Assembly: GCA_964252035.1 (NCBI GenBank)
Contig: OZ176208.1
Strand: one strand, 5' to 3'
Length of the DNA stretch: 64,000 bases
DNA from: Podarcis erhardii
Lineage: Eukaryota
Position 1 is the stretch's first letter; the number at the start of each line of letters is the position of its first letter. The translations under genes were made by a program, and so were the position numbers. Under the pieces are notes generated by a model. The model was not told the origin of the DNA. It did not search any database and saw nothing but the letters and a program-made list of their open reading frames with translations. Of this stretch, positions 49,389 to 61,364 are shown piece after piece.

Positions 49389-51524
49389 CTCTAAGTCATG
49401 GGGAAATGTCTCCTATGAAGCTAGTAACCTTTAAAAGGTCTATATGACACAATCCAGCTCCTATAGTACCTTGTATCTCTTCCTAGCCCATCAGCCCATC
49501 TTCACTACCTCCAAAGCATTCTATATTTCACATTTCTTCCCTGCTTCATACATGCATCATGTGTGGCACTTTTCCTTGAGAGACATACCTTCTGTGTAGG
49601 AAAGTGCATGTGCCACATGTATAAACTGCTGTTTGTGATATATGTGTGCCTGTTTTGCCATTATGTACACACAACAAGAAGCCACAAGTGCCTAAGTCAC
49701 ACCTGTGCATGAACTTCGTCATTTGCAAAGTGGATCTCAAACCACAGTTCTGGAAGGTGCAACCTTTTTGCTGCGTCTTTCCATGTTAAGACAAGGGAGA
49801 TAACAGTAACTGTTGTGCTATGGTTGGTTTCTTTCTGTTGGACAGCAACTTTGGCACATAAAATCCTGCCTATGGCAGGGAGCATTTTCTTTTGGTTGAC
49901 TGCCATACCTTTTAAAATGACTAATTATAAATAGGTACGGGAACAGGAAGCTTCTAGTCTCGTTAGTTACAAAGCACTATCCATCCTCTATGTGAATAGT
50001 ATGCAGCAAATATATAGAGACTGTCATCATGATTTTGGCCTATTTTATATAAAACTGAAAAAATGCCTTTCCTAGAAATGTATATCTGAAATATTTTGCA
50101 GCAACCGAAATAGTAAAGGCCTGGAACAGAGAGGTGGATGACTAGTCTTTTATAACACGTTATCTAATGTACCAATAACATTTTTTTTAATGTGCTGGGC
50201 TGTGGTTACTCATGACTTTAGAAATAATCTTCACAAAACCTGAGATAAAATCTTTATTGAATGCTTTGAAAGTACATTATTGTTTGTTATGTGACTTTCT
50301 CCTATTCAACCATAAAATAAGAGAACCATATTGGTAGCTCCTTGCTTTTGCAGATTTGACCTGCATTCATGCTTCACTGGGTAGAATGAGGCCAGCACCA
50401 CCATAAATATATTTACTTAACTCGCCCCCCTCAAAGAATACAGTCTTTTAAAAAATTGCTTGCATTAATTGTGGCTTCTTGACAAAATCCAGATATATCC
50501 TAGTTTAATCCACTTCTCCCTCTGATTGGCAAACCATTGGTTGGGAAGTAACCCTATGCTTGCATGCTTCCATTTCTCCCTATATTCTGGGTTTAATTAC
50601 TAGCTTCTTGGTTATAATGAATAAGAAAACTGATTTGTGCAGTCCCTTCAAACCAGGACTGCAAACCTGTTTTGCCACCCTGGTTTTGAGGGCGCATACA
50701 AATTGTAGTTTCTCTATGTATCTTAAGCCAAGTGCAGGGTGAGGGGGAAGAAGGAGCATGCAAATACACACCTTGTTCCTGTAGGAGACTTCAGAATACA
50801 GACCAGAATGGAAAAATCCAGGCAGCAATCTTTCAGTCTGATGGACTGCAGAATCAGTGACATTGTTCTGACCCAAGTTTGGAAACACTATGGAAAATGA
50901 TTAACTTAAAGCATCCTTGGGATAATTAATTTACATAAAGGTGGGAATCGTCCTTCCTCTCTAGTGATTTAATGCTGAAGTGCTTTTAAAAGTGAGAGTC
51001 TTACAGTTAGGAGAATTTTCTTCAACTTAACTTCTGAAGCACATTAAAATATGATTGGCATAATTAACCTATTTAATTTACTGTACAATAATGCTGGCAG
51101 TTATTATTATGCATTTTATAAGTTTGTGTGGTTTTGCGGCCTTCATAATCTTTCACAACTGGATGAAATTAAAATATTAGCAAGTATAATTATAACTGTA
51201 ATAAGTAAAGAGGATGCAATAGCTACAAGGTTCAAAAAATTACAGTGAAGCTTTAGTTGTAATGTCGTTTCTAGAGAGAACACTTAGGGAATGAACATAG
51301 TGGACTGCAATATTATTATTATCTTTTAAATTTATATAACACCCTTAATCCAAAGATCATATATGTTCAATAAAGTTATAAACGTGACAGAGTGGGAAGC
51401 AGAGCATACCATTAAGGACAGTTAAACTGGTAATGTTATATAGTTGAGTAATGCATTAACATGTATTCAAAAAAGAATCATAGCCTCAAAACGTTCAACT
51501 TTTAATTTACAAAGGGTATGAACT

Positions 51525-51894
51525 GGACGCGGGTGGCGCTGTGGGTAAAACCTCAGCGCCTAGGACTTGCCGATCGTATGGTCGGCGGTTCGAATCCCCG
51601 TGGTGGGGTGAGCTCCCATCGTTCGGTCCCAGCTCCTGCCCACCTAGCAGCTCGAAAGCACTCTTAAGTGCAAGTAGATAAATAGGTACTGCTTTATAGC
51701 GGGAAGGTAAACGGCGTTTCTGTGTGCTGCGCTGGTGCCGGCTCGCCAGAGCAGCTTCGTCACGCTGGCCACGTGACCCGGAAGTGTCTCCAGACAGCGC
51801 TGGCCCCTGGCCTCTTAAGCGAGATGGGCGCGCAACCCTAGAGTCGGTCATGACTGGCCCATACGGGCAGGGGTACCTTTACCTTTACCTTTTT
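51525..51894 (+). mobile_element. Sauria SINE, subfamily with ggcccatacgggcaggggtacc tail
   Basis: A box tggcgctgtgg, B box ggttcgaatcc, (cttta)n tail, TSD tatgaactgga. Confidence 0.92.
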
Positions 51895-52736
51895 TATGAA
51901 CTGGATAAATCACCCAATTATCAGACTTTGGCTATGTGATCCATGGGCAAAAGTACCCAGCCTGTAATCAGGACAAGACAAGTAAAAGGAAGTGTATTGC
52001 TTACTATGTTTTAATGCTTATAACTTAATATTTTGTCACCAGAAATCCCACATCTCTTCTGTTGTATTGTAAGACTGCTGAAGTGCAAAAGGCAGAGGGG
52101 AGTTCCTGGCCATGCTGTTTTAAGACTAGCTTTTGGAGCACAGCTTTACAGGAAGTGCTGTGGCCATATTATTGTAAACTACATAGAAGCTGACATGTTG
52201 GGATTGCAGTGCTGTTTGCTTGGTTAAGCTTTTATGTAGTGTTTTCAATGAGAGTTATAACCTCAACAGCAAAAGGCATTTGGGCAAATTGTGCTTGGAG
52301 CATGCACAATTGTATTTTTTGCTTTCCTTACAGTGTTTTTATTTATTTAGATTTGTAGTTTCCCTTCTCCCAAAGGGCTCAAAGCAGGTAACAGTATTAT
52401 ACAGATATATAGAAAGGCAGTTCCCTGTTGAGTCACAATCTATAAAAGTGAGCTGAATGGAGAGAGAAGTAGAGGGGAATAAAATGAAACGCAGGTACAT
52501 AGTTATGGAGGAAAAATACAGCAACTTCCATCTACAGCTATGTTTTTCAGTTCAGTTAAAAAAGGATAAGGGACACTCAATTTCAAACAGCCCATGCTAT
52601 CATTATCAATATTATTAACATGATATAATCATTAAAGCATCTAGCTCTGTCTTCATTTTCAAACATAGTGCATCCAGTCTTGATTCTCTGTTACTTATTA
52701 AATCTGTTAACATCGTTGGGTTCAGCATTTGTACTG

Positions 52737-53026
52737 TAATCCCCGCGGCGGGGTGCGCTCCCGTCGTTCGGTCCCAGCGCCTACCAACCTAGCAGTTCGA
52801 AAGCACCTCCAGGTGCAAGTAGATAAATAGGGACCGCTTACCAGCGGGAAGGTAAACGGCGTTCCGTGTGCTGCGCTGGCTCGCCAGATGCAGCTTGTCA
52901 CGCTGGCCACGTGACCCGGAAGTGTCTGCGGACAGCGCTGGCTCCCAGCCTATAGAGTGAGATGAGTGCACAACCCTAGAGTCTGTCAAGACTGGCCCGT
53001 ACGGGCAGGGGTACCTTTACCTTTAC
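52737..53026 (+). mobile_element. 5'-truncated Sauria SINE, same subfamily as 51.5 kb
   Basis: Starts within the B box (aatcccc), tail ggcccgtacgggcaggggtacctttacc, short TSD tactgt. Confidence 0.9.
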
Positions 53027-53241
53027 TGTGTCCCAGTTATTTTGCAGACTACATCTAGCCCTGGTTTCTGAATTCTCTATTTTTGATCTCAGGCTTCTGT
53101 TGAGGAACTTTGATAAGTTAATGATTCCAGGGTAGGTTACAGCATAAAAAGATAAAACAACACAGCCCCGGTCAAGTAAACAACAAAACCAGATAATTAA
53201 ACCATTGTATACCACTCTTGTATTGTATACATTGTATACAA

Positions 53242-53597
53242 GGGATGCGGGTGGCGCTGTGGGTTAAACCACAGAGCCTAGGGTTTGCCGATCAGAAGGT
53301 TGGCAGTTCGAATCCCTGCGACGGGGTGAGCTCCCGTTGCTTGGTCCCTGCTCCTGCCAACCTAGCAGTTTGAAAGCAAGTCAAAGTGCAAGTAGATAAA
53401 TAGGTACCGCTCTGGTGGGAAGGTAAACGGCGTTTCCATGCACTGCTCTGGTTTGCCAGAAGCGGCTTTGTCATGCTGGCCACATGACCCAGAAGCTGTA
53501 CGCCAGCTCCCTTGGCCAATAAAGCGAGATGAGCACCGCAACCCCAGAGTCGGTCACGACTGGACCTAATGGTCAGGGGTCCCTTTACCTTTACCTT
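53242..53597 (+). mobile_element. Sauria SINE (Squam1), full length
   Basis: gggatgcgggtggcgctgtgg...ggacctaatggtcaggggtccctttacc, TSD tatacaa. Confidence 0.92.
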
Positions 53598-54224
53598 TAT
53601 ACAACTCTTAAGCAGTTGCGAAACAGCTACAAGTTAGACTCAGTTTAACAGTTCGACTCAGCTCCATCAAACTCTTACAGAGGAGGTACATTTTCAATTG
53701 GTGCCAAAAGATAAACAGGCCTACGCCATCTGTACTCCATGTGTGGAATTTTGGCATGTGTTGAATTTTGAATTGTAGTCAAAGGACTCTTTATGCATTT
53801 TGGCTACCTGCTTAGTTTGCCAGTGTTTTTACTCAGTGGTGGGAGTAGGCAGCTGAAACTGATAATATTATTTATTAATTAAATTAATACCCCCCTTTCT
53901 CTCCAAAGGGTGCTCAAGGCAGTTAGCAACATAAATAAAATCAAATAAAACAATATCCAGTACACAGTAATAGTCAGGAAACTCCAGCTGCTACCCAAAA
54001 GCCATTTGTAGCAGCTAAGAACTGGAATGGCACCACTGCATTCCCAGTTCTTTTTATCAGTGAATGACTCTGGAAATGAAGTGGTGAATGTGAGCACTTT
54101 CTTCCTTAGAAATCTTCAACTTACCAGTATCTCGGTACAACCCTGAGCAAAATAAAGCATCCCTCCATTTCCCCATTCCTAGACACTCCCCAATTCTTGA
54201 TGAAATATGCCAGTGCTATTTATC

Positions 54225-54342
54225 TAGAAAAAGAGGTGCTGGAACTCACCATAAGCACCTCCCTTGTTGTGTTATAGTGACAGTGGTGCCCACCTAAGAG
54301 GTGCCAGAACTAAGTTCTGGTGAGTTTTGAAAAAAAGCCCTG
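54225..54342 (-). mobile_element. Non-autonomous DNA transposon fragment
   Basis: Ends aaaaaaagccctg with internal gaggtgc..gaact repeats. Confidence 0.4.
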
Positions 54343-54846
54343 GAAATACCATAACCTTTAGTGTTTTTTTCAGTGTTTGACACGTGAGTGTCCTGGAGAA
54401 GCAACGCTTGGAGAAACAATAAAGACAAAACCGGGGATGGGAAATTGTTTTCATCTCATCAGGAGGCATTACTGTATTCATTGGAGATCTACATCATCAA
54501 AGAGGATTATTTAAATCAAACTGTTATAGCTGAAAGAGATGAGATCTAAATAATTTCTCAAGTGTACAAATCACTTTTAGACCCTGGAGACAATATGCCT
54601 ACTGAGGTTTGTTTAAGTGTGTGTGTTTTACATGTCACCAGTGTTTGTAATTAGAAACCAAGAGCACTAGCTCTGGGAAGGACTTCAGGTCTTTTGGTAG
54701 CAGCAGCAAGATTTTGACTACCTTTCCATGTATTCCTTTTTCATGTTTGAGACAATTTCTGTACTTATACTGTGAACTGCTGATCGCTGCATAATATTAT
54801 GAAGGTGAATGGCAGAAAAATTGAGTATGATGTGATTTGTTGTGTA

Positions 54847-55088
54847 CAGTGGTACCTCAGGTTAAAAACTTAATTCGTTCTGGAGGTCCATTCTTAACCT
54901 GAAACTGTTCTTAACCTGAGGTACCACTTTAGCTAATGGGGCCTCCTGCTGCCACCTCGCCGCTGCTGCACAATTTCTGTTCTTATCCTGAAGCAAAGTT
55001 CTTAACCCGAGGTACTATTTCTGGGTTAGCGGAGTCTGTAACCTGAAGTGTCTGTAACCTGAAGCGTCTGTAACCCGAGGTACCACTG
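54847..55088 (-). mobile_element. Tigger/pogo-like MITE, copy 8
   Basis: TIRs and TA TSD. Confidence 0.9.
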
Positions 55089-58026
55089 TATACAGTTTTG
55101 AGGCAAGACAGAAATCTCAGTGCAACTGGATTATGTGAAGAAATTAGAAGGAATTGTTTAAGTTTTGCAACAGAATCCTGTTTGAGTAGTTGGGCCTGCA
55201 TAATCTGCTCAAGTGCATCATAGATCTTACCTAGATAGACCAGGGTCAGTTATCAAGTTGCACTTCCTTCCTCAACTGGCAACCCACCGTTGAGGATTTT
55301 CTATCCTGGTTTTTCCAGTGAGTTATAATAATAAATAGTTACATCTTTGGAGAAAACACTGCTGTTTTCAACATGTACAATACTGTGGCACTGAGGATTA
55401 CTTAACGTTGAAAGCTGCAGATGAGGTGACCATGGAGTTCCCATCCAGCATATCACAAGATTTAGTAAGGCAATGGAAACCAGCTACATAATCTGCTATA
55501 CTTTGACTGGCTTGCTGATCATGTACAAAGAAAAGTAAGCCTATGTAGCATAACAGATGGCCTTGGACAGAAATTTGCCTTTAGGAGGAGTAAATAGTTT
55601 AGCATAGATATTAGTGCTTGATGAAACAGATGCTGCATTGGAGTGGACAATAACAAATCCTTTTGTCTCTCAGACAGGATCACATGCTTCTGTTCTGCAC
55701 TTTCAGTTTTCTTAGCTTCCAGGTAATAAGATTGTCTTTCTTCATAAGAGTTCTAAGTTCCTTTTTGACTTGCATCAGGTTCTTCAATATGTTCCAATTT
55801 AGCCATTTTAACCATAGCAGCACTATGGAGAGGAAGCTTCTTCTTACAGTTTCAGAGTGTCTCAGGAACAGATGATTCTACACTTGTTTCCACAATTTTA
55901 TGTGTGAACAGCAGTAGGTACCATACCGCCAAAAACTCAACTATGAATGAATGTGGTGTTATTGGGGACCTTAATGCAATAGCCTGGAGACAAACTACAT
56001 GAACCTGCCTGAATAGGTACCAGAGAATAAGTGGTTGTACTTGAGTTGATGAAGGCAACATGGGATTTCCAATTGCTGGACCTGCAGTGTCCAGTTGCTG
56101 ACTCCTACTTAACAGGTAGGTAGTATGTAGCTTATGAATTTTAGTTAAAAGTTAAACGTTGTGATTTTAATTGCTGGAGTTGTCCTTCAAATTTTTGGGG
56201 AAATTATTTGATGTTTCAATTTTCCACTAACATGAGGAAAAGCTGGGTTGCCTGCTTTGCTGTTTTCTTCTTCCTTTACTTCTCAGATTTAACCAGAAAG
56301 CTTAAGGGAGGAAGGAACACAATCGTATATATTTACATTTGAAGGTTTTATAGCAGGTTGTTTGCTATAATTGCTATCGACATTATTAAGTGATAAAAGT
56401 TAGAGCATGTTTTATTGATTACCACGTTTCCTGAAATACCTATAAAAGATATCTAGTTAAGATTTATATGCTCTAACAGCCTGTTTCTTTTTGAATAATT
56501 ATCACTGACTTTACACATGCCGCTGCTCTACATCACTGAAATGGTGGCCCCATTTGTTATTTGTTCCTTTTATTTACACATACAAAGCCCAGTTGTCAAG
56601 TCTTTACATTGTAGAGTAAAGGCCTAGAGCTCTCACTAAGATGGCAAACCTATGTCTGGGCTACCCCACTTCTGACTGCACATTATCCACATGGATGAGC
56701 ATTTCTCCATAAAAATAAAAATTGTTCTTACATAGATAAGTGGCATGTCAGTTAGAAGGCATAGGTTTATCACCTCTATAAGAGCCACACTCAAGAAACA
56801 AAACCTAGGACAGGAATAGGCTAATTTCAAAGTGGTAAAGAATACAAAGGAAAGGGAGCAAGTACGGCTTACATCCTACTGGTATTCCAGTGTACACCCC
56901 CTTGCTATATAAGTGAATGGTTGCCATTCACCCATATAGAGAAAAAACAATTGCTTGCTGTGGGGACCATCCACTCAGCAGTGAGGTATAATTCACAGTG
57001 GTTCTTTCAGGATGGAAGTCAATTCTTCATAAACACAGTCCTCCCATTACAATGGCCAGCAATTTGCTAATTAATATATGCAGAGGATCAACTGTCTAGC
57101 AAATTCGTGAACCAGAACTAGTGGAAGATAACACCTATTATAAATGTAAAGCAAATTCTAGCTCAGATATTTTAATTGTAATGCAATGGTAATATGGAAG
57201 GCAAGACAATAAGCAAAGAAGAAGACTACAGTGTGTGTTAGGGATGCCAATGAAGTTTGAGAGGTGATATCCTCTTCTCAAGAAGAATTTCAGCTCATAG
57301 AAATTTGTATCTCAATAGGGTCAATAGCTACAGCTCATGGTTATTGAGACAAGGGCTTAACCACAAGCTCAGGCAAAACCTTGACTTCACTCAGCATGGC
57401 ACAGGTGTAAGAGAGAAGAGACTATTGAAAAGCAAAATGTGCAAGAGCTCCACTCTGGAAGGCTGCAGATCTACGTGGTCCCAGTAAGCCATAGCTTGGC
57501 TTACTGTGTCGGGCAAACCAGGCCTATGTGAGACAGGATGGTGGTGGTGGAGGGCAAGCACGAGAGACTCCAGCTAGTGCATTATCTATTATCTAAATGC
57601 TTCTATAGTGCAAATGGGAAACGTTAGCAAATAACTTTGGGGAGCAGTTGTGTGTGGTTAGTTGCTGGGGTGGCCATGTGCCCTACTTTACAGGGGATAA
57701 TCCTCTGTTTGAAGGGTTGTCAAAGGACTGCCCTGTATTTGAGTCCTCGGCCTGAACGGCTGGCTGGTCAAAATCTGGTTTAAAGATAAAGAAGGCAGAG
57801 CAGTGGCCTTGAATGTGCCAGTCAGCAGTTAGCACCTGGATGACAGACTGAACAGACACACAGGTCACTTGGTTACAACCTTCCCCCCTACTGTGAGATT
57901 ATTTTAATAATTTCTTAATTTGCATCTATGTATATAAATGAGCACATGCAGATTGCATGCAAAACTCTGTCCTCTTTTGTCCTCTTTTTTGGTAATGTGT
58001 TTCCTATTTATTGGTGTTGTGTAAGT

Positions 58027-58396
58027 GGGGGCGCGGGTGGCGGGACGCAGGTGGCAGTGTGGGCTAAACCACAGAGCCTAGGACTTGCCGATCAGAAGGT
58101 TGGCAGTTCGAATCCCCGCAATGGAGTGAGCTCCCGTTGCTCGGTCTCTGCTCCTGCCAACCTAGCAGTTCGAAAGCAAGTCAAAGTGCAAGTAGATAAA
58201 TAGGTACCGCTCCAGTGGGAAGGTAAACAGCATTTCCGTGCGCTGCTCTGGTTCGCCAGAAGCGGCTTAGTCATGCTGGCCACATGACCTGGAAGCTGTA
58301 CGCCGGCTCCCTTGGCCAATAAAGCGATATGAGCGCCGCAACCCCAGAGTCGGTCACGACTGGACCTAATGGTCAGGGGTACGTTTGCCTTTACCT
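58027..58396 (+). mobile_element. Sauria SINE (Squam1) with duplicated 5' head
   Basis: ggggcgcgggtggc immediately followed by gggacgcaggtggc, then the full body, TSD taagt. Confidence 0.9.
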
Positions 58397-59528
58397 AAGT
58401 CACCACACTATATGTCACCCAATGAAATGCTTCAGTCTATCTCATTGTAATGCCCATATCTTTGGAAAAGGAAGACACAAAGTTAAGAGGCAGAATTCTG
58501 AGTTCCATTGAAAGCTGTTATTCAAAAGTGGCCCCAATGGAGGAAATAAGACTATTTGCCATATGATACAAAAATGACAATATGAGATTATTCCCCAAAT
58601 GATTTAAAGTAAAAAAGCAATTTAAAGGTACTTGAAACCTTATAGTTATAGTTGGTACCTTCCTCAGCTAATTTATGCACTCTCAGTTGTTCTTAATATA
58701 ATAGTTTTAATATGCTTGTTATGTTTCCATTAGCATTACATTTAAAGCCCTCCAAGTACATAGCTTCTTGTGTATTGGTTGCACAACATTCTGTCATAAA
58801 AACAGAAAAATATGCATAAGGAATGAAAAGTGTTAAATCAGAAAATAATAGTGTAATAAACTGAAAGCTGGTTAGCTTGAATATTATTATGCTCCTAAAG
58901 CATTTTGGAAGTCGGCATTCTGCTTCTTTTTGAATAATGCAGCAATTAAATAACCCTAAAATCTTTTCTGCCCTGAAGGAATGGAAAATTATGTTTCATA
59001 GGGCCATGTGAATTAGGGACTGTGACTCTTCGGCTCTCATGTCAAAAGACAAATTATATGCTTGCTGGCGTTGCCATTTGTTGACCTTAAATGGCAAAGG
59101 TTGACTGTTTTGCTTTTTCTAATATCTTAAAAATTGCTTAGTTAGTATAAAATATTGCAAGTTCGTTTTATACTACTATTAGTCATTTACTTTGGAATTA
59201 AACAAGCACCTGTCTAGAAAATTGTTACTGCTAGCTGCTTAGGTGACCCCTTACATCTTTAAAAGTGGCTTGTTGGCACAATTTTTATTTTTTATTTTTT
59301 TTACAGCCTGTTCGTCAAGGAGGGGTTAGCATTTGTAAATGCCACTGCAATTATTCTTTGCTGTGTAATTCTCAGCAAACTGATAGTGCTAAGCATTGTT
59401 TTTAACTGTTGTACAATGAATCTCATACAATGGATTGGGGGGGTATTCATCCATTTCCTCTTCTGCTGATCAGGGCTTTCCAACCTCTTCTTTCCTACAC
59501 CCCCAATATAGTCCTGAGATTCAGGGGA

Positions 59529-59613
59529 CCTTCCTTCCTTCCTTCCTTCCTTCCTTCCTTCCTTCCTTCCTTCCTTCCTTCCTTCCTTCCCCTCTCTCTC
59601 TCTCTCTCTCTCT
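59529..59613. repeat. (CCTT)n(CT)n polypyrimidine microsatellite
   Basis: Direct reading. Confidence 0.95.
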
Positions 59614-61337
59614 GTTTATTCATGTAGTTGCCTATCAATAAGTATTCAATGATTTACAACAAAATATTTTAAAAATAATTACAACCAACAATAAGTGATG
59701 GAAGATTGCAGAATGGCAACGCTAATCTTGCATCAAGCAACCTAAAACCTTGTGCAGTGTGGAAAAGGAAGCAGGAGACTAGGCAGAGTCCTCATGCTCA
59801 AGGCAAATTGCTTGGACTGATAAGGTGATTTGGTTTGGAGAGTCAGCTGACAGTAGTCAATTTGGCTCTTTAGAGTGGAACTGCAACCTAGAGAAGACCC
59901 TTTCCACGTAAACCTGGTCTGCCTGGCCTCCTGGGGACCCAGTCTAGTGGCACAGGAAGTAAGGAATTGGACAGTGACTGTTCAAGCTTGATTCAAGGAC
60001 CTGGCCTTAGTTTCTTACACACTGATTTTGACTCTGTATGAAACATTTTATATCACACCTACAACCCAGTTATCACAGCCAGTTGTGATGTCATTTTCTG
60101 AATGACATTTGAGTGCAGTTCCATGCACTTCATACTATGCTAAAGTATATTCAAAAGAGCAGCTTCTGCAGTTGACATAGCAATACAATTAATGATGTCA
60201 AGAGATTCCACTGAAACTCAGACTCATGCCTGCATTTCACATAAATTTTGGTTCTTTTGCTTACTGCTTGTTTGTTTTTTTTAAAATAATTTTTATTAAC
60301 TGGCCAATCACATCAAATTAAATCACATCGCATAAATTCCAAATTACAAAGCCAAATTTTTAATTTTTGTTGGGGGAACCCATACTTCAAGATCCAAAGG
60401 GGGATTCAGATCATCTTCTTATTACTGCGTTAATATCCAAATCAGTCCCAGTTAGCCCAAACAAAGTTCATAATTCTATTCAGTCTTATCTTGGTGTTTC
60501 CACATCATATCTTGTTCATATAATTTCTCTTTTTCCTTTACGATCTCTTCTGTTGGTCTCCTTAAGCCGATAAGGAAATATAATAATCCTGTGTGGATTT
60601 CCCGTTCCTCCAAACTAAGTCCAGATGGTTTCCATATATCTCCTTCGTAGATAACATCGCTGTTTCCATCATAAATTAGGCATTTGTCACTCTTAAGTCC
60701 CACCGAGAAGTTGATTTCTTTCTTTCTCCTCCCAGACCTAAGAGCTCCAACAATGCCTCCCAAAATGGCGACGGCATTTTTAACTGCGTCATTCCAAAAC
60801 TCTTAGCTTTCCAGCTTCGCCTTGAAACATTGCTTTGGTTAGAAAGTTTATCTCCACACAGCCTTAAATCCACAGCTTAAGTCCTTAATTTCTGACTCGT
60901 TAGGGGAGGGGATTCTTGTTTAATCACATAAAAAAAGGAAAGGCAGGTTTCCCCCTCCCCCCTCAGTCATTTGTCATACCGTATCTTGACGTATCTTCTC
61001 ATATTTTATTCTTGTCTTGTTATCAGAGATCTCTTCTGTCAGCAGTCTTTACTCCCCCTTTTTCCTTGAAGTATGTGCAATTTATCTTGTCCAAATTGTT
61101 TCTTTTGAAGATTCTTGCAACTAGCGGCGCGGATCAGGGACGGCGTCCAGGAGTGCCGGAATCCCACAGGAGGGCTTTGTGCCTAGTGCCCCCACCCCCA
61201 CAAATTCGGGGGTGGTATAGGGCACAGCAGGCAAGGGCCGTCCCCCCCACAATCCTGGGGGGGGGGGTTAAGGAGGCTAATTACCCCCATCATAGCCTCC
61301 AAATTACCTTGTGTGGGTCGGAGAGATGTTATTGTCA

Positions 61338-61345
61338 GCCATCTT
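61338..61345 (-). promoter_or_regulatory. YY1-type motif (AAGATGGC)
   Basis: gccatctt on the plus strand. Position near the 5' end parallels the YY1 site of L1 internal promoters. Confidence 0.45.
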
Positions 61346-61350
61346 CCGAT

Positions 61351-61364
61351 GCGCCACCTAGTGG
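61351..61364 (-). promoter_or_regulatory. CTCF core consensus motif
   Basis: CCACTAGGTGGCGC on the minus strand fits CCASYAGRKGGCRS at every position. Motif only, occupancy unknown. Confidence 0.6.

Noticed and set aside
59280-59520. Strong acceptor (tttttttacAG) followed by a long hydrophobic open frame
   Set aside because: The frame is out of phase with the STPG2 exon, has no donor, and runs into a (CCTT)n repeat
59696-60078. Possible old solo LTR (tgat...atcaca)
   Set aside because: Termini imperfect and no TSD
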